Part shown: positions 1-13,640 of the stretch, piece after piece | How positions within the stretch are numbered: the stretch's first letter is position 1 | Layout of the letters: every line of letters starts with the position of its first letter | Origin: Mobula hypostoma | Lineage: Eukaryota | DNA: 64,000 bases | Direction of reading: 5' to 3' | NCBI RefSeq assembly: GCF_963921235.1 | Contig: NC_086097.1 | Coordinates: 223,450,001-223,514,000, forward strand | Program-made: the position numbers and the translations under genes | Notes under the pieces: model-generated | What the model was told of the DNA's origin: nothing | Database searches by the model: none | What the model saw: the letters and a program-made list of their open reading frames with translations, nothing else

Positions 1-1563
1 ACACGGCAAGGTATACAAACCATAACAGATTACATATTAGTCCACACTGCACTTCAATGACAGCGACATCTCCCTTCCATGCACGATTTGATGCAATAAA
101 TGGAGTGACATGGAGGAAAGCCCCCTCTCTCCGAGGAACAGACACCCTGTCTGGCCACAGCCAATGTGAGGATCCGAGCCAGGGTAAACCCACACAAAGC
201 TGTGGGGTCAGATAACATACCTGGTCAGGTGCTAAGGAATTATGCGGCCTAGCTAAACGGACATCTTTAACATCTCTTTGCAACAGTCCACTGTCCCTGT
301 AGGCTTCAAAGGAGCCACCAACATTTCAGTACCCAAGAGTGTGATGGTAACTAGCCTAAATAAATACTGCCCAGTGTCACTGACCTCAACAATCATGAAG
401 TGCCTTGAGAGGTGACCCTTTCTAGTTCACCTCAGGCTCAAACTAGTCCACTGATGATGCTATAGCCTCGACCCTCCACTCTTGTCCTGTCCCAGCTAGA
501 AAACAACGCCTCATACACCAGGATATTGCTCATTGACCTCAACTTGGCATTTAACACTATCATTTTTCATATGATGGTGGGTAAACTGTCCTTATTGGGA
601 CTCAACACCCCTCTCTGTAACTGGATCCTGGACTTCTTGATGAAAAGAGCCCAGTTAGTCCAAAGTGGCAAAAGATAGCTCAAGCTCCATCGGGCTGAGC
701 ACTGGTGCCCCCAAGCGCAATGTGCTCAGCCCAATGCTGTTCAGACCGCTGATTCAAGTTTGCTGATGATACAACAGTGGTTGGCTTCATCACCAACAGT
801 GATAAGTCAGCATACAGAGGGAAGGTAGAGAGGCTTGTCAAATGGTGTGAGAACAACCCAAGTCTCAACTTGGATGAGATAAAAGAGATGACTGGATTTC
901 AGAAAAGCACAGGTCAACCACTTTCCATTGCATGTTAAAGGCTGTGACATAGAGAGAGTGAACGGCACAATCTTCCTTGGTGTGAGGGTTAGAGTGAGTT
1001 TTTAGGTAGATGATTCATTTACACTTAAATGACTCTGGCCACCAGTCTTCTGTTTGACAAAGTACTGTGGATTGAGTTCACAACAATGCATTTCTAAAAG
1101 TTGTGAATATCCGGATACTAGCCAGATGCTGCGGATGGAAGTGTGAAGTTTACAGGTAGTTTTGAAGATAGTATTATCTATACTTTATATTAATTGTCCT
1201 CTGTGTTAGCACGTAAAATACCAAATAAATGTATTGTGGATTTGACTTGCACTCTTAAAGACTGTGAGTACCCACCCAGACATGGCGTCGGAAGGAAAGG
1301 ACGAAGTCAGAAGGTGCGATGTTTCAAAAGGAAGCATTGTCTAAGCATTGTCTATAACTTTTTAAATAGTGATTGTCCTTTGTGTTTAGCATATAAATAT
1401 CGAGCCCATATTGGGCTAGCAGACCTTTCCACCGAAAGCGTCTCCGTCCGTATGATGCCTGCTGTACCTTGTTGTGTCGAATAAAGAAGCTGCTTTGTAT
1501 CTACCAGTAACTCTGTCTCTCTGGTGATTTCATCCACGCCATAGTGAGCATAACGGACAACCT
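1..1563 (+). mobile_element. Degenerate Rex1/Babar-type LINE RT fragment, interrupted at 987-1543
   Basis: Frameshifted motifs VNPHKAxGxDNIPG, DIFNISL, YxPVxLTSTIMKCxER and KFADDTTVVG; the sequence resumes after the insertion (gtgag|cataacggacaaccta). Confidence 0.8.
987..1543 (+). mobile_element. Solo-LTR-like insertion
   Basis: Flanked by 5-bp direct repeat GTGAG (982-986, 1544-1548) splitting the LINE; internal TATAAATA (~1392) and AATAAA (~1480); termini deviate from TG...CA. Confidence 0.6.
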
Positions 1564-3977
1564 AAAATAACGAATTCCCGAACAATAAAAAAGGATTCTT
1601 GAGAATTTAGAATTTTATGCTATTATAAATGAGATATTTTCATTTACTTCAACAGAAGGAATAATAATATTTAGGGATAAACACCAGCTGAGATCAGACA
1701 GCCAATTTGTGTGTTTCTCTAATGTAACGTTACGGCTGAAAATTTACTATCAGTGGCAGATGCTTGTTGTCTGGAACTAGCTTCATGTCTTGTGGCAAGG
1801 CCTCCTTTAAAAGAACAAGATCATGTGTGGGTCAGATCTGTCCTCAAAATAAAGTCAGCTCAGCCATGCCAGTTGTCAGAAGAGTCCATGTCCTGACATT
1901 CAAAAAAAATTCTAAAAATTATCAAAACACATTTAAAGGCTTATGAAAATACAAAAACTTAAAAATCAAATTACAAAAACCATATTAAAATATTTGAATT
2001 ACCAAATTCATTCTCAAAGGATGCTTGCAGCTGTTTCCTCCAATAAAATCAATGTCGCCTGCAGTCCATACTTGGAATGTTAGTGGCAACTTGGCACACT
2101 GTGTCCTCATGCTAGACTCACTAATGACTGCTGTGTTTAAGAATACACAGAAAAACAACCACAAACTACTGACTGCAATTCCAGAACTCTAAATTAATTT
2201 GAAAAAACTTGTTGCTGGTGACTGTAGGAAATATTAGTGGTTACATTGGAAAATGCCAATAACTCCATGCAAAATCCAAACCAGTATTAATCCAATTCAG
2301 ATTCATCTATCACATGCATGTCGAAACATACAGTGAAATACATTGTTTGCATTCACAACAAACACAACCCAGGAATGTGCTGGGGGCAACCTGCAAGGGT
2401 CACCACACATTCCTGCACCAACGTGACATGCCCACAACGTTCAGCAAAACAACACAAGCAATAACAGAACAGAAACAAAGCAACAGCAAAACAAGATTTC
2501 CACCCTCCCTCCCACCCACCTACACAGATTGACCTCCAACTCCAGGATAGGTCACCTCCAGGCTTCCAGAGGGCTCAGTGTTCTGCAAACCAGGTGCATG
2601 AATGGATCTTAATCACGAACCTCATGTCGAAAAGGTTGAGAGTATTTTAACAACTCCAAATCTATCACAAATACCTTCTCAATTGTCGTGATTTTTGCAT
2701 ACAAAATATTTTCCCCCAATATTCAGTAGATAATCCGATTGCTGCATTCTTATTCAGTGATTCCACAACTCCAAGGATACCAAGAACTCCAAGAGCACAT
2801 AGTGAAAATGAATCTCTCTCCACATGCCTTTCTCCAGTTGTCTAACAGTTAGAAATGTGACAGATGCCAGATTAAGCAGCTGTCTGTTTTGCAAAATGCA
2901 CGTGAATAAATAATGACAGTTACACAAGGGTTTTTAAAACATCTGGAAATGTTTCCTATAATAATAAGATGACATACCTTAAAAAACACATCACATCATC
3001 CCCAATAGTGGCCGTTGTATTCCTTTAAGTCATCTTCAAGGTGTAAACATTTAATTCTTAATTCTTCATTCAGGAAGCTCTTTCATGGTTTTTGTTAGTT
3101 CAGTTTTGCTTTTTCATTAATTCTTGTCCTTGGAAGCAGAAACCTATTACTATCCTTAAATTTAATTCCTATTGACCTCACAGTAACTACATGAGCTCAC
3201 TGGGACAGATGTGAGTCAACAGTAAAATGTCCAAGTTAAATCCCCTGGTGGGCTCACACTACAAATCGCAATCTTTATCTCTATCCTCAGATCTGCCACC
3301 TTATTAATGGAAATAAAATAAGCAAAAACAGCAAATGCCTTATACACTCTCAGTGGAAAGAGAAACAAAATTAATATTTCAAATTGAAGACTTGTGTCTC
3401 TCCTTCCCAGTTCTGATAAAAGGTCTCTGACCTGGAACAGTAACTCCTGTTTCTTTCTTTCCCCACAAATGCTGCCTGACCATTTGAAACAATACCATTA
3501 ACCAGAGAGTGCGTTTAGAAATCCCCAAATATATTAGGTGGATACAGAGCAGAAATGGGGAATGGCACATTTTCATTCACTAAGCATTTCCTTTTCAGTT
3601 TCCATATTTTGTCCCCGGATCAATGCACCAAGCGCTAAAAGGATTCAACTGGTGAGGCACCGTCTATGGAGGGAAACAGACAGTCGACAATTTGAGTTGA
3701 CAGGGAGTTTCTTAGTGCTGCTCCAGATTCTGCAGTCTCTCGTGTCTCCATTTTGTCCTTGGATTTTGGCTTAGGGATAACACAGAAGGAATGTAGTTGC
3801 ATGGGGGCTAACCAAGAGAGGCAGTCACGTTTGGAATGACAAAAACAGCCAGGGGTGCTGGTAGAAGCTGATACAACAGGGACATTGAAAAGACTCTTAG
3901 AAAGCAATACGGAGGAAGAAAAATTGAAGGTTATAGGCTGTGTAGAGGGAAAGGTTAGATTGATCGTAGAGTAAAAA

Positions 3978-4626
3978 AGTTGCCTCACAGGTGGATAGGG
4001 TAGTTAAGAAAGCTTATGGGATGTTAGCTTTCATAAGTCGAGGGATAGAGTTTAAGAGTTGCGATGTAATGATGCACCTCTATAAAACTCTGGTTAGGCC
4101 ACACTTGGAGTACTGTGTCCAGTTCGGGTCACCTCACTATAGGAAGGATGTTGAAGCACTGGAAAGGGTACAGAGGAGATTTACCAGGATGCTGCCTGGT
4201 TTAGAAAGTATGCATTATGATCAGAGATTAAGGGAGCTAGGGTTTTACTCTTTGGAGAGAAGGAGGATGAGAGGAGACATGATAGAGGTGTACAAGATAA
4301 TAAGAGGAATAGATAGAGTGGATAGCCAGCGCCTCTTCCCCAGGGCACCACTGCTCAATACAAGAGGACATGGCTTTAAGGTAAGGGGTGGGAAGTTCAA
4401 GGGGGATATTAGAGGAAGGTTTTTTACTCAGAGAGTGGTTGGTGCGTGGAATGCACTGCCTGAGTCAGTGGTGGAGGCAGATACACTAGTGAAGTTTAAG
4501 AGACTACTAGACAGGTATATGGAGGAATTTAAGGTGGGGGCTTATATGGGAGGCAGGGTTTGAGGGTCGGCACAACATTGTGGGCCGAAGGGCCTGTACT
4601 GTGCTGTACTATTCTATGTTCTATGT
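3978..4626 (+). mobile_element. 5'-truncated young CR1 LINE (ORF2 C-terminus plus 3' tail) nested in an older CR1 tail (~3800-4680)
   Basis: ORF 3991-4563 has LYKTLVRPHLEYCVQF, LERVQRRFTRMLPG and FFTQRVVGAWNALP; ends in attctatgttctatgt. Confidence 0.93.
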
Positions 4627-4764
4627 AAGTTTTAAAGATCGGCACAACATCATTACTGAAAGGTCTGTACTGTATAGTTACCATTCTCTGTTGGTAACTA
4701 CAGAAACTGGTGCACCACCTCACACCACCTTCTGATACGCTATTTCCTTCATGAAGGCCTAGAG

Positions 4765-4833
4765 CAAGGTTTCCCAAGGTGGGTTCCACAGACCCCTCAA
4801 TTAATGGTAGGGTCCACAGGTTGAGAACCCCTG
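4765..4833. mobile_element. hAT (Charlie-like) mini-MITE, 69 bp
   Basis: TIRs CAAGGTTTCCCAA / TTGAGAACCCCTG; 8-bp TSD gcctagag / gcctagtg. Confidence 0.75.
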
Positions 4834-5589
4834 GCCTAGTGTGATTAAGTGATATTGCAATTTAATTTACCTAAATAAATGAACTAGCATCGAGTACACA
4901 TCCAGGCTGCTTGGTTGCCCCATTTTGTTATCAAAACTGACACAAACCATCTGACACAAATACATTGGCATTCCAGACTGATAATTCACTCTTTTTTCTC
5001 TTCAAGTGACTGAAAAATATTAGTCAAAGTTAAGAATTTTCTTACCCCTTTTGGATCCAATATATTAAATGTGCCACGCCACTCATAAATGAGAAAGCAC
5101 CATGTGGTGTCAAGGCCATGCAAAAAGTAGTCCCTGGTGGAGCACAAAACCCACGACCAAAAGGTAACTGACAAACTCTGAAGGGCAGCTCAGCTTCACC
5201 CCAGGATTAGGTTAAGTGCCAAATTTAAATAAGTTCCACTAATTAATGGATCAATGCTCATTCGTAGCCAGTCCGCCCTATTGAGTGACTGAATCTGCTG
5301 CTGGTGCAGTGTTATGTCTTGTGGAGAAAGGAGTCAAAAAGCAGATCCCTTTGGATTCCTCTGAGGTCAACAACTGAGCACAGCAGCAACAAGATCGAGA
5401 AAGGGAAACCTGCTAGTCTGGAGCATTCATGTTTATTTACAAACCTAGATCTTTGAAGAAGGTAGTTGTTGAAACAAAGAAGTCAAATTCAAAGTAAATT
5501 TATTATCAAAGTACGTATATATCACTATTTACTACCTCGAGGTTCATTTTCTTGCAGGTATTTACAGGAAAATAAAGAAATATAACATT

Positions 5590-6010
5590 CAGCCATTCAT
5601 TCAGCATTTTCATTTGATGTAATTTGATCATTTCCAAACTGTTTTATCTCTCTGTACTGTTGTTGGAGGGGAATGGAGTCGTCGACACTAAGGTTTTCTT
5701 CTTTTCCATTTTTGAGTTGTTAGTTTTGCCCAAGTCTTTTAGTTTAGTTGATTAATTTTGTTTTTCTTTGGGGATGGGGTTGCTTTTTTTTGTTTTGTTT
5801 TTTTTTCTTTTTCTTGATTTTTTTTTCCAGTTTTTTTTTGCTTTGTATTATCCGTGGTTAGTTCTACAAGTTTGGGAGCTTTGTTAATTTACACTACTTG
5901 GTTTTGCAATTACTTTTTTTAAGTGTAACAATATATCTCCTACTGTTTGTATTATTGCTATGTTTTGTTTCTATATTTTGAAATTAATAAAAAGATTGAA
6001 AAAGAAAGAA
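5590..6010 (+). mobile_element. L1-clade LINE 3' end
   Basis: cagccattcattcagcattttcatttgatgtaa reads QPFIQHFHLM*, followed by a T-rich 3'UTR, AATAAA and an A-rich tail. Confidence 0.55.
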
Positions 6011-6239
6011 TTTGTGGAAAAAAATACAGTACATAAATAAAGACTGATAAACAACCAATGTGCAAAAGGCAGATTGTGAGTTGGACAGTCCTTGAAAGTG
6101 AATTGGTAGGTTGTAAAATCAGTTCAGATTTGAGGTGAGTGAAGTTACCTGCGTTGGTTCAGGAGCCTGACGGTTTAACCATGGCCACTTAATACAATAC
6201 TTCTGACATTACATAAGTTTTATTTTTAGTTATTAAGAA

Positions 6240-6460
6240 GTCATGGTAACAGACTCTTCCATCCCAACAAGTCCACGTCACCCAATTACACCCGAGTGAC
6301 CAATTACTTGACTAACCCATAGGCATTTGGAATGCGTGGGGAAACCGGCGCACCCAGAGCAAACACACGTGGTCACAGACAGAATCGACAAACTCCTTAC
6401 AGACAGCAGTGGGAATGAGCCTGTGTTGCTGACACAGTAATAACATTACACTAACCACTA
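6240..6460 (-). mobile_element. tRNA-derived V-SINE (HE1-like)
   Basis: V-domain-like ggaaaccggcgcacccagagcaaacacacg and caaactccttacagacagc; similar to copies at ~23235-23545 and ~28550-28800. Confidence 0.7.
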
Positions 6461-7292
6461 TAGAGTTCATAGAATCATAGAAAAATACAGCCCAGAAACA
6501 GGCCCTTCTGCCCATCTAGTCCCTGCTGAACCATTTAAACTGCCTACTTCCACCTACCTGCATCCAGATCAGAGTCGTCCATAACCCCTATCATGTACCC
6601 TTTTCTTAAGCCCTGCGTGCATGTGGCCCATTCACATCTGAACAGTGGAAGAAAACGCTTAGATCAAAAAAAGTATTACTTACTTAACTCCTCAAGTTAT
6701 GAAAAGGTAAAGGACCCTACAACAGAAAGCTCATGGAAATTCTCTTTTGCTTAGGGCTTCGACTGGTCTTATGCAAGGACTACTTTTTATGAGTGGTAAT
6801 TTTCCCAGGGCACAAGATTGAATTTTCTAAGCAAAACACCTAGCAAGAAATAATAAAAATTGTGGGGTTTCATAACAGCAATAGCATTGTAACAACCATT
6901 AGAGCTACTTGCCAACCACCCCAAAACTGGCCAACATCAGTGATCCTGCCCTGAGTTCACCCATTAATGTCAGCCCTCTAGTTCACTCACGTAACAGATT
7001 GTGTATGCATGCATGTGCCTCAGGACATATTATTCATTCCTTCAATGAAAGGAACACATTTACTATTCAATTTTTTTTAGTTAATTTATGCACAACTTAC
7101 TTTTTAAACTGTGAGTTCAATAAGCTATACACCATTAAATGGGCTGTCAAAACAGAATGCAGAAAAAGATGGGAAGAGATTTTTAACTTTCAAAATAAAG
7201 ATTAAGTTAATGCATTTCACAGTTCATTATCCGTAAGATTAATTTCCTCACTCAACACTTGCCACTGCCTCACCCAAACAATGAAAACTCAC

Positions 7293-7325
7293 CTTTCTGC
7301 GTCAGCAGAATATCCAGAAGATTCT
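7293..7325 (-). CDS. Candidate 33-nt microexon of stau2 (phase 2-2)
   Basis: tgctctcatttttttttcaaatgacattgccaaAG|AGAATCTTCTGGATATTCTGCTGACGCAGAAAG|GTgagt. Consensus donor; phase-2 reading ESSGYSADAE is open. Confidence 0.4.
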
Positions 7326-7374
7326 CTTTGGCAATGTCATTTGAAAAAAAAATGAGAGCAATTTAGTTACACTA

Positions 7375-7487
7375 ACATGAGAAAATCTGGAAATCCAAAG
7401 CAACACACACAAAATGCTGGAGGAATGCAGCAGGCCAGGCAGCATCTATGGGAGAGAATAAAGGGTCGAGGCCCTTCATCAGGATTT
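7375..7487 (-). mobile_element. Penelope-like pseudo-LTR fragment with truncated hammerhead motif
   Basis: Shared pLTR sequence acacacaaaatgctggagg...gcagcatctatgg; minus strand CTGATGA-A-GGGC-CTCG-ACCC with GAAACGTC missing. Confidence 0.75.
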
Positions 7488-7513
7488 TAGTCAATTTAGA
7501 TAATTATGCCTTA

Positions 7514-8016
7514 AGCCTGATTTATACTTCCGCGTCAACGCGACGCCATAAGTACTGCGTCGCCGCAAACCCTACGCAAAGCCGACGCGGATCCCTATGG
7601 CAGAGCCTGCGTTTCTGTGATGTGCACCCCTCCCAAAATGTAACCGCGCGTCGCGGCAACACAAACCCCAACAGCTGTGATTGGTCCGCTTGGTAGCATC
7701 GCATTTCATCCTACGCTGCAGTAGCTTCCCATTGGGCGACTGAAGGGCAGGGAAGGAACTCTGGCTGCAACGCTTTCAGTAAAGCTTCACAGACCTCCAA
7801 AATTATGGACGACACATTTCACTTTTACGAAAAAAAGATGCTCACTTCTTGTTTACCCTGAAAAAGACTACCATGACCATGAAGCCTTGCAAGTGTGTGC
7901 GCGTGCGTGACGTGCGTGAATTGCAGAGCGACGCAGACACACCAACGCACAAGTATAAATGCTCACAATGCATGTAGGTCACAGCGTCGATTTGACGCAG
8001 AAGTATAAATCAGGCT
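7514..8016. mobile_element. MITE with 25-bp TIRs, PIF/Harbinger-like
   Basis: agcctgatttatacttccgcgtcaa ... ttgacgcagaagtataaatcaggct (1 mismatch); 3-bp flanks tta / tga; CpG-rich interior. Superfamily assignment is inferred. Confidence 0.8.
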
Positions 8017-8051
8017 TGATACTGTGAAGCAGCATCTGTAAAACTGATAAA

Positions 8052-8177
8052 CTCCTCTCGGGCTTCCAGCCAGGTACAGGTCTCGACTTTAACCAAAGTT
8101 TTGATAATAAACTCTGCCATCGTCATCAGGGATGTCTATACTCCTGTCATCTGTCCCTCATGATTGGTTAGTCCTCA
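8052..8177 (-). mobile_element. Fragment of a second PLE-like family with a degenerate long-stem-II hammerhead
   Basis: Minus strand cc-CTGATGA-c-gatggcagagtttattatc-AAAA-ctt-tggtt at 8091-8133. Confidence 0.5.
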
Positions 8178-8729
8178 GGGCATTTAAGAAACTCTTAGAT
8201 AGGCACATGGATGATAGAAAAATGGAGGGCTATATAGGAAAGAAGGGTTAGACTGTTCTTACAGTGAGTTACAGAGTCCGCACAACATTGTGGGCCATAG
8301 TGCCTTCCATGTTAAAATGCTCCCCTTCATGGTGAACTCAGAATTAACCACAGAAGGCAGTGGAAGTCAAGTCACTAAATATAATGTCATAGGTACGCAC
8401 ACGTGAGATTCAAAAAAGGTTAATAGATTTCTTAATGCAAAGGGTGCAAAGATAGAGATAAGGGGAGAAGGTGGAAAGAGGTCATTGAAGTGAATGATCA
8501 GTCAATGTCTCGTTAAGTGGCGGCGCAAATCAAAATATCTACTTTGAGTAGATACTCTGAAATGATTTAAAGCATAGAAAACAGAGACAGTAGATATTCA
8601 TCTATCAAAGACCAATGACCAGTTTCCCATCACCGTACATTAAACAAAGATGTTGCAAGATAAAGTTCAAGATGTTGCAAATATTACTTATTTCCAGGAA
8701 AACAGAAACAAGCTTCATATCAGGGCAGA

Positions 8730-9292
8730 GGCAGGGAGTTGTGGACACAGCCCAGCACATCGTGGAAACCAGCTTCCCCTCTATGGATTCTGTCTATATA
8801 CTCCTCACTGCCTCAGCAAAGCAGCCAATATAATCAAGGATTCTAACTACCCCAGATATGCTCTGTTCTCCCTTCTCCCATTGGATAGAAGATGCCAAGG
8901 CTTGAAACTACGAACCACCAAGCTCAAAGACAGCCTCTACCCTGCTGCTTTAATTGTTTTGAACAGTGTGACTCTTGAACCTCAGCTTATTGTCTGCCTG
9001 TATTGCATTTTCTGTAACTGTAATGTGTTATAATAAAATGATTCCGACCTCACAATCTACCTTATGATCTTGCACTATACTGATGAACTGCACTGCACTT
9101 TCTCTGTAGCCTTTACTCTTTCTCGACATTCTGTTATTGCTTCACCTTGCACTACCTCAATGCACAGTGTAATGATTTGATCTGCATGAACAGCATGCAA
9201 GACAAGTTTTCCTTCTATCTCAGTAAGAAAACTAATCTCAGGGTTGTATACGGTGACAGATATGTGCTTTGATAATAAATTTATTTTGAACT
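8730..9292 (+). mobile_element. Rex1-type LINE/SINE 3' remnants
   Basis: HCLSKAANIIKD...LFSLLP...RTTKLKDSLYPAA; similar copy at ~44725-45110; tail gataataaatttattttgaacttt. Confidence 0.7.
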
Positions 9293-12269
9293 TTGGTACA
9301 TTTGACAAAAATAAACATATTTACCAAACACTTCTACAAAATAACTTGACAACTAGCCAGTGATACATGAACTGCTACACATTCCACTGATAAAAATCCA
9401 ACCTGCCTGTTTGAAATAATTTTATTAGGTTTCCATTAACTTAATACTGTAATGTGCAGATATTTGATACATCTTTTTGTATACATTTACAGTGCACAGC
9501 ACAATACTCAAAAATTATACAGGACAGAAACATCCAAATCTACCATCAAATACCCATCAACACTAATCCCAGTTATCAGTCCTTGTTGCATAGCATTCTG
9601 CAGTTTGATGATTAAATTGTTCACCTATACCTAAAAACCTGCCTCCGCCAGCCTTTACATTCCAGATGCATCTTCTTTTCATCTTCACTACACAGGATAA
9701 TATGCCTTCATTAGTTTGCCACTAATCTGGGATGCATTCAAATAAAAATAAACTATGTTTTAAATGAGGTAACACCTCCATCCAACTGAATATGGAAAGG
9801 AGACACCAATTAAACCACAGCAAACAATTTTATCAATTCCAGTGTTTGAAGATGTCAAGAGGTTAGCCAGCAAGAGTGGCAAGATTCCCAATCATGTAAA
9901 CAACCATATTAGAAATCCCTTGCATCAACCACATAGCATACAGAAACCGAAAGTTTCCATTCCATCAGCAAGTATTACCACCATTGGGAAGGAAGTACAG
10001 GAATACTGTCCTGCTGAGCTTCTCCAGCACTTTGATTTCCAGCATCTGCAGATTTTCTCTTGTTTGTGACCGGAATACAGGTCCATTTCTAAATCAGTCA
10101 TCATTGTACAGTAACAGCAAAGGCTTCATTATGCAGCAGTTAATTACCTGAAGGGAAGTTAGATAATTTTGGCCCTGGGCCATCACGTACGTTCACATCC
10201 TATTCACAATATCTGCAGTTACACGTCTTTCATTACCTCTATATTCAGTAGTCCATGTTCTCACTCTTCAACTTTTCCCATTCACCCATCGACCTGATAG
10301 CCTTATTTACAATTTATCCCTGTGGTTACTCTAATTTTACCCTTTCAGAGATATCCCCTCCCCCACCCTGCCTGCAAATTCACAAACCTCTTTTGCTTCA
10401 TTCATGAAATGTTCATTTTCTTCCCCCACCCTCAGCTGTAGACTGATGTGCTGAGTGCTTCCAGCATTTTGTTTTCTTATTTTAGACCTCCTGCATTTTA
10501 GCTTTTAAGTTTTACACAACTGGTACAAGATAACCCTCCTGCAATAAAGGTCAACATATAATTATCTTCCTAATAGCGTGCACATTAACTTCCATTCATG
10601 TGTGTCCAAAGACACCCAGTTAGTTCTTTATTAACATCAATGTGGATCAATACAAGCAAATATTAAAAATCAGTTTTATAAAACTGCATCCATTCACAAA
10701 TGTAATCTTATTTTTACATTGCATCTTGACTATCCTATTAAAGGTAATCTGTTTTGCACTTCCCTAATCTCTGAGTTGGTGGTAATACTCTCACAATGAG
10801 GCTAGGTGAAGAAATCCAAGATATTAAAGAAATAAGAATATTTTATAATGGTGTGCAATCGGAAGGAAACTTGCAGTTAACTGTATTCCAGCAATACTGA
10901 TGCTCCAGCCCGTTTGCTTGGATTGGACTGCAGGGAAGGAAAACACTATTAAAACAACAATGTGAAATTTCTGTGGCAGGGAAGATGTGATAAAGTGTAC
11001 TTGTGCTGGACTATTAACCCTTTTCAATTCTCTTCAGATACATTCATCCAGAGAAGGGATCTGCATTCCAATATGCTCCAGACAAGCTTCATTGCTGATG
11101 GAAAAGGGTCAGGAGGTGAACCAATCACCACACTGGATAACGTCCTTTCCTTTGCTATTGTATCCAAGGTGACAAAACAGATCAGTTAAGCTTTTATTTA
11201 CCAGAGTCTCCCAGCTTATTAGTAGCTGAACTTCCTCACATTTGAGGTGGTCATGACCTGACATTTAAACCAAAATCTTCCACTGCTGTGTGTGCGCATT
11301 TCTGCTAGTATTAGTACATACCATAGAAGATTTATACGATAAATTATTTATTACAATTTAAAAAGGGTGCGGTCAGTAGATTTGTTGCTAAGAAAACCAA
11401 GGTAGGAAAAGCAAAGAAAGTTGTTGCTATGCATTGCATGCTGCTGTGTTGACATGCACCAGATTATTAAGACGTACTTATGTCATGATTGATGCAGACA
11501 ATGTGTTAAAATCAATCATTTTAATGTTAATTTGTTATTCCCCCAAACTAAAAATTCCTACATCCTACAAGATTGGGATTGTCTCACTACTTGTAAAGCA
11601 AAGTAAGTGTCCATCCTGAATGCATTTGTTGCATGCTAAAGAAAATCAGCAAAGGGAAGTAGTAGCCTCTCTCTTCTTGATGCAATATAATACGCAACAC
11701 TATCTTTTCAACCAGTCATCGATAATTGTTTTAAATAAGGCCTTAAGATATAGGAGCAGAATTTAGCCATTTGTCCCATCAAGCCTGCTCTGCCATTTCA
11801 TCATGGCTGATCCATGATGAAATGGTGGAAACAATAAATATATTGAAAAAGATCCCCAAGGCTTATTGGATTCTCCCAGCTCCCATATATTTTCACAAAA
11901 AAAATAGTAAATTACTTGAAGGGAAGTAAGATAGTTAGCTTGATTGCGCACTGGCAGTTCTCTTCTGCTTACAAATCAAACCAAGCATTTATTGCAACAA
12001 CAAAAAAAAACGTTGTTATTCAAGGATTAGGGGAGAGGAAGTTAAATATGGTATTTTTAGAGTGAATGTGAAAGAAAAGACAAGCTGTTTGAAGCAATCC
12101 TGCTCAGAGAAAAAAATAAGTATTAATCTCTATCCTCACAGAATTCTTTGACTACCATTTTAAAGTACTTCACATGAAAAGTAAACAAGTATATACCATC
12201 AGATTATTTTATTTTCATGGATTTAACAAAGCCCATTTGTCACTTTTTGAAAATAACATCCATTGGATG

Positions 12270-13640
12270 TTACTTTCCACTGGCCCTCAAAGGTTCTTTA
12301 ATGATTTGCAAGAGGTAATGAAACACAAGCTTCCCAAGTTTGCCAAAGATACAAAATTAGGCAGAAGAGGTTATTGTGATGAAGACATTGCAATTCTGCA
12401 ATGGGATACAGATAAGTTGAGTTACTTGACAATTGGATTTTGATGTGCGAAGTTATGCACCTTGATATCATCATAATGTGCCTTGTCCTATGATGTGGCT
12501 GATCATAGTCTTTCACCTTGATTGTTTTTGCCAATTTTTTTCTACAGAAGTGGTCTGCCATTGCCCTCTTTTGGGCAGTGTCTCTACAAGACAGTGACCC
12601 TAGCCATTATGAATACTCTGCAGAGATTGTCTGCCTGGCTTCTTCAGTGGTTGCATAACCAGGACTTGCAATATGTGCCAGCTGCTCATACGACCATCCA
12701 CCACCTGCTCCTATGGGTTCATGTGACCCTGATTCCAGGGGGGAGGGGGGGCTGGGGGGGGCACGGTTAAGTAGGTTCTACACCTTGCCCAAGGCTGACC
12801 TACAGGTTAGTGGAGGGAAGGGGCAACATACTCCTCCTTTGGTAGAAATATGTCTCCACTCTGCCACCCAAGACTTGGTAAGAGGAATCAAAAGGCAGAT
12901 GATTTTCAGACAGAAAGACTGCAAATGAGTCAGATTCAAAGAGATTTAGATTTTCTAGTGAATGAATCACAAAAAATTAGCAGGCACTTCCAAGTACTAG
13001 TTAAGGCAGCAAATGATATGTTGCCATTTATTGTGAAGGGATAGGAGTTTAAAAATAGGGAGCTTTTGTTACAGTTATATAGGGGATTGCTGAGGTCACG
13101 CCTGGAACATTATGTACACTTTTTGCTCTTCTTACATAAAAAAACAGATACATCAGATTTGGAGGCAATCCAACGGCAGTTGCTAGGCTCACTCCTGGAA
13201 TGACAGGGTTTTCCTATCATGGGGCTAGACATTTTTGTGCTTGTATTGGAGTTAAGAAGAGATGCAACCTTATACAAACATCCAAGATCCTAAGGGGCCA
13301 TGACGGGGTAGATGTTCAGATGTTTTCACTAGTGGGGGAGTACAAAGAACGATACATGGCTGCGAAGTAACAGACTATTCATTTAAAACAGGAACATAGA
13401 AACCTCTCTCAGAGGCTAGTGTATCTCTGGAATGTTCAATGTGCCCCCCCCACCTCACCTCCAACCCCCACTTCACCTCCAAGGTGGTAGATGTCAAGTC
13501 ATTAAACTTAGGGTGAAGAGAGATAAATATTTTAAAGATCGATGAGGTCCTGGCACAGACGAGGAGTTGAGAGCGGGACAGGTCAGCCTTAACCATATAG
13601 AATAGTCAGGCAGGATTAATGGGCTTGGTGGCATGCATGT
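12270..13640 (+). mobile_element. Old CR1 LINE remnant
   Basis: KFAKDTKLG and QRDLDFLVNESQK...VKAANDMLPFI motifs with many lesions; interrupted by a SINE. Confidence 0.7.
12468..12871 (-). mobile_element. SINE with RTE-type 3' tail
   Basis: cagaagtggtctgccattgccctc resembles the RTE/BovB-related SINE tail; the element splits the CR1 remnant. Confidence 0.55.

Noticed and set aside
2978..3143. Minus-strand AG...GT block with protein-like fragments (LNEELRIKCLHLEDDLKEY)
   Set aside because: Stops in all three frames from the acceptor; not Staufen-like; at most an ancient transposase remnant I cannot assign.
5046..5133. Minus-strand exon-like segment DYFLHGLDTTWCFLIYEWRGTFNILDPKG
   Set aside because: Phase 2 to phase 0, so it would frameshift stau2; no recognisable homology.
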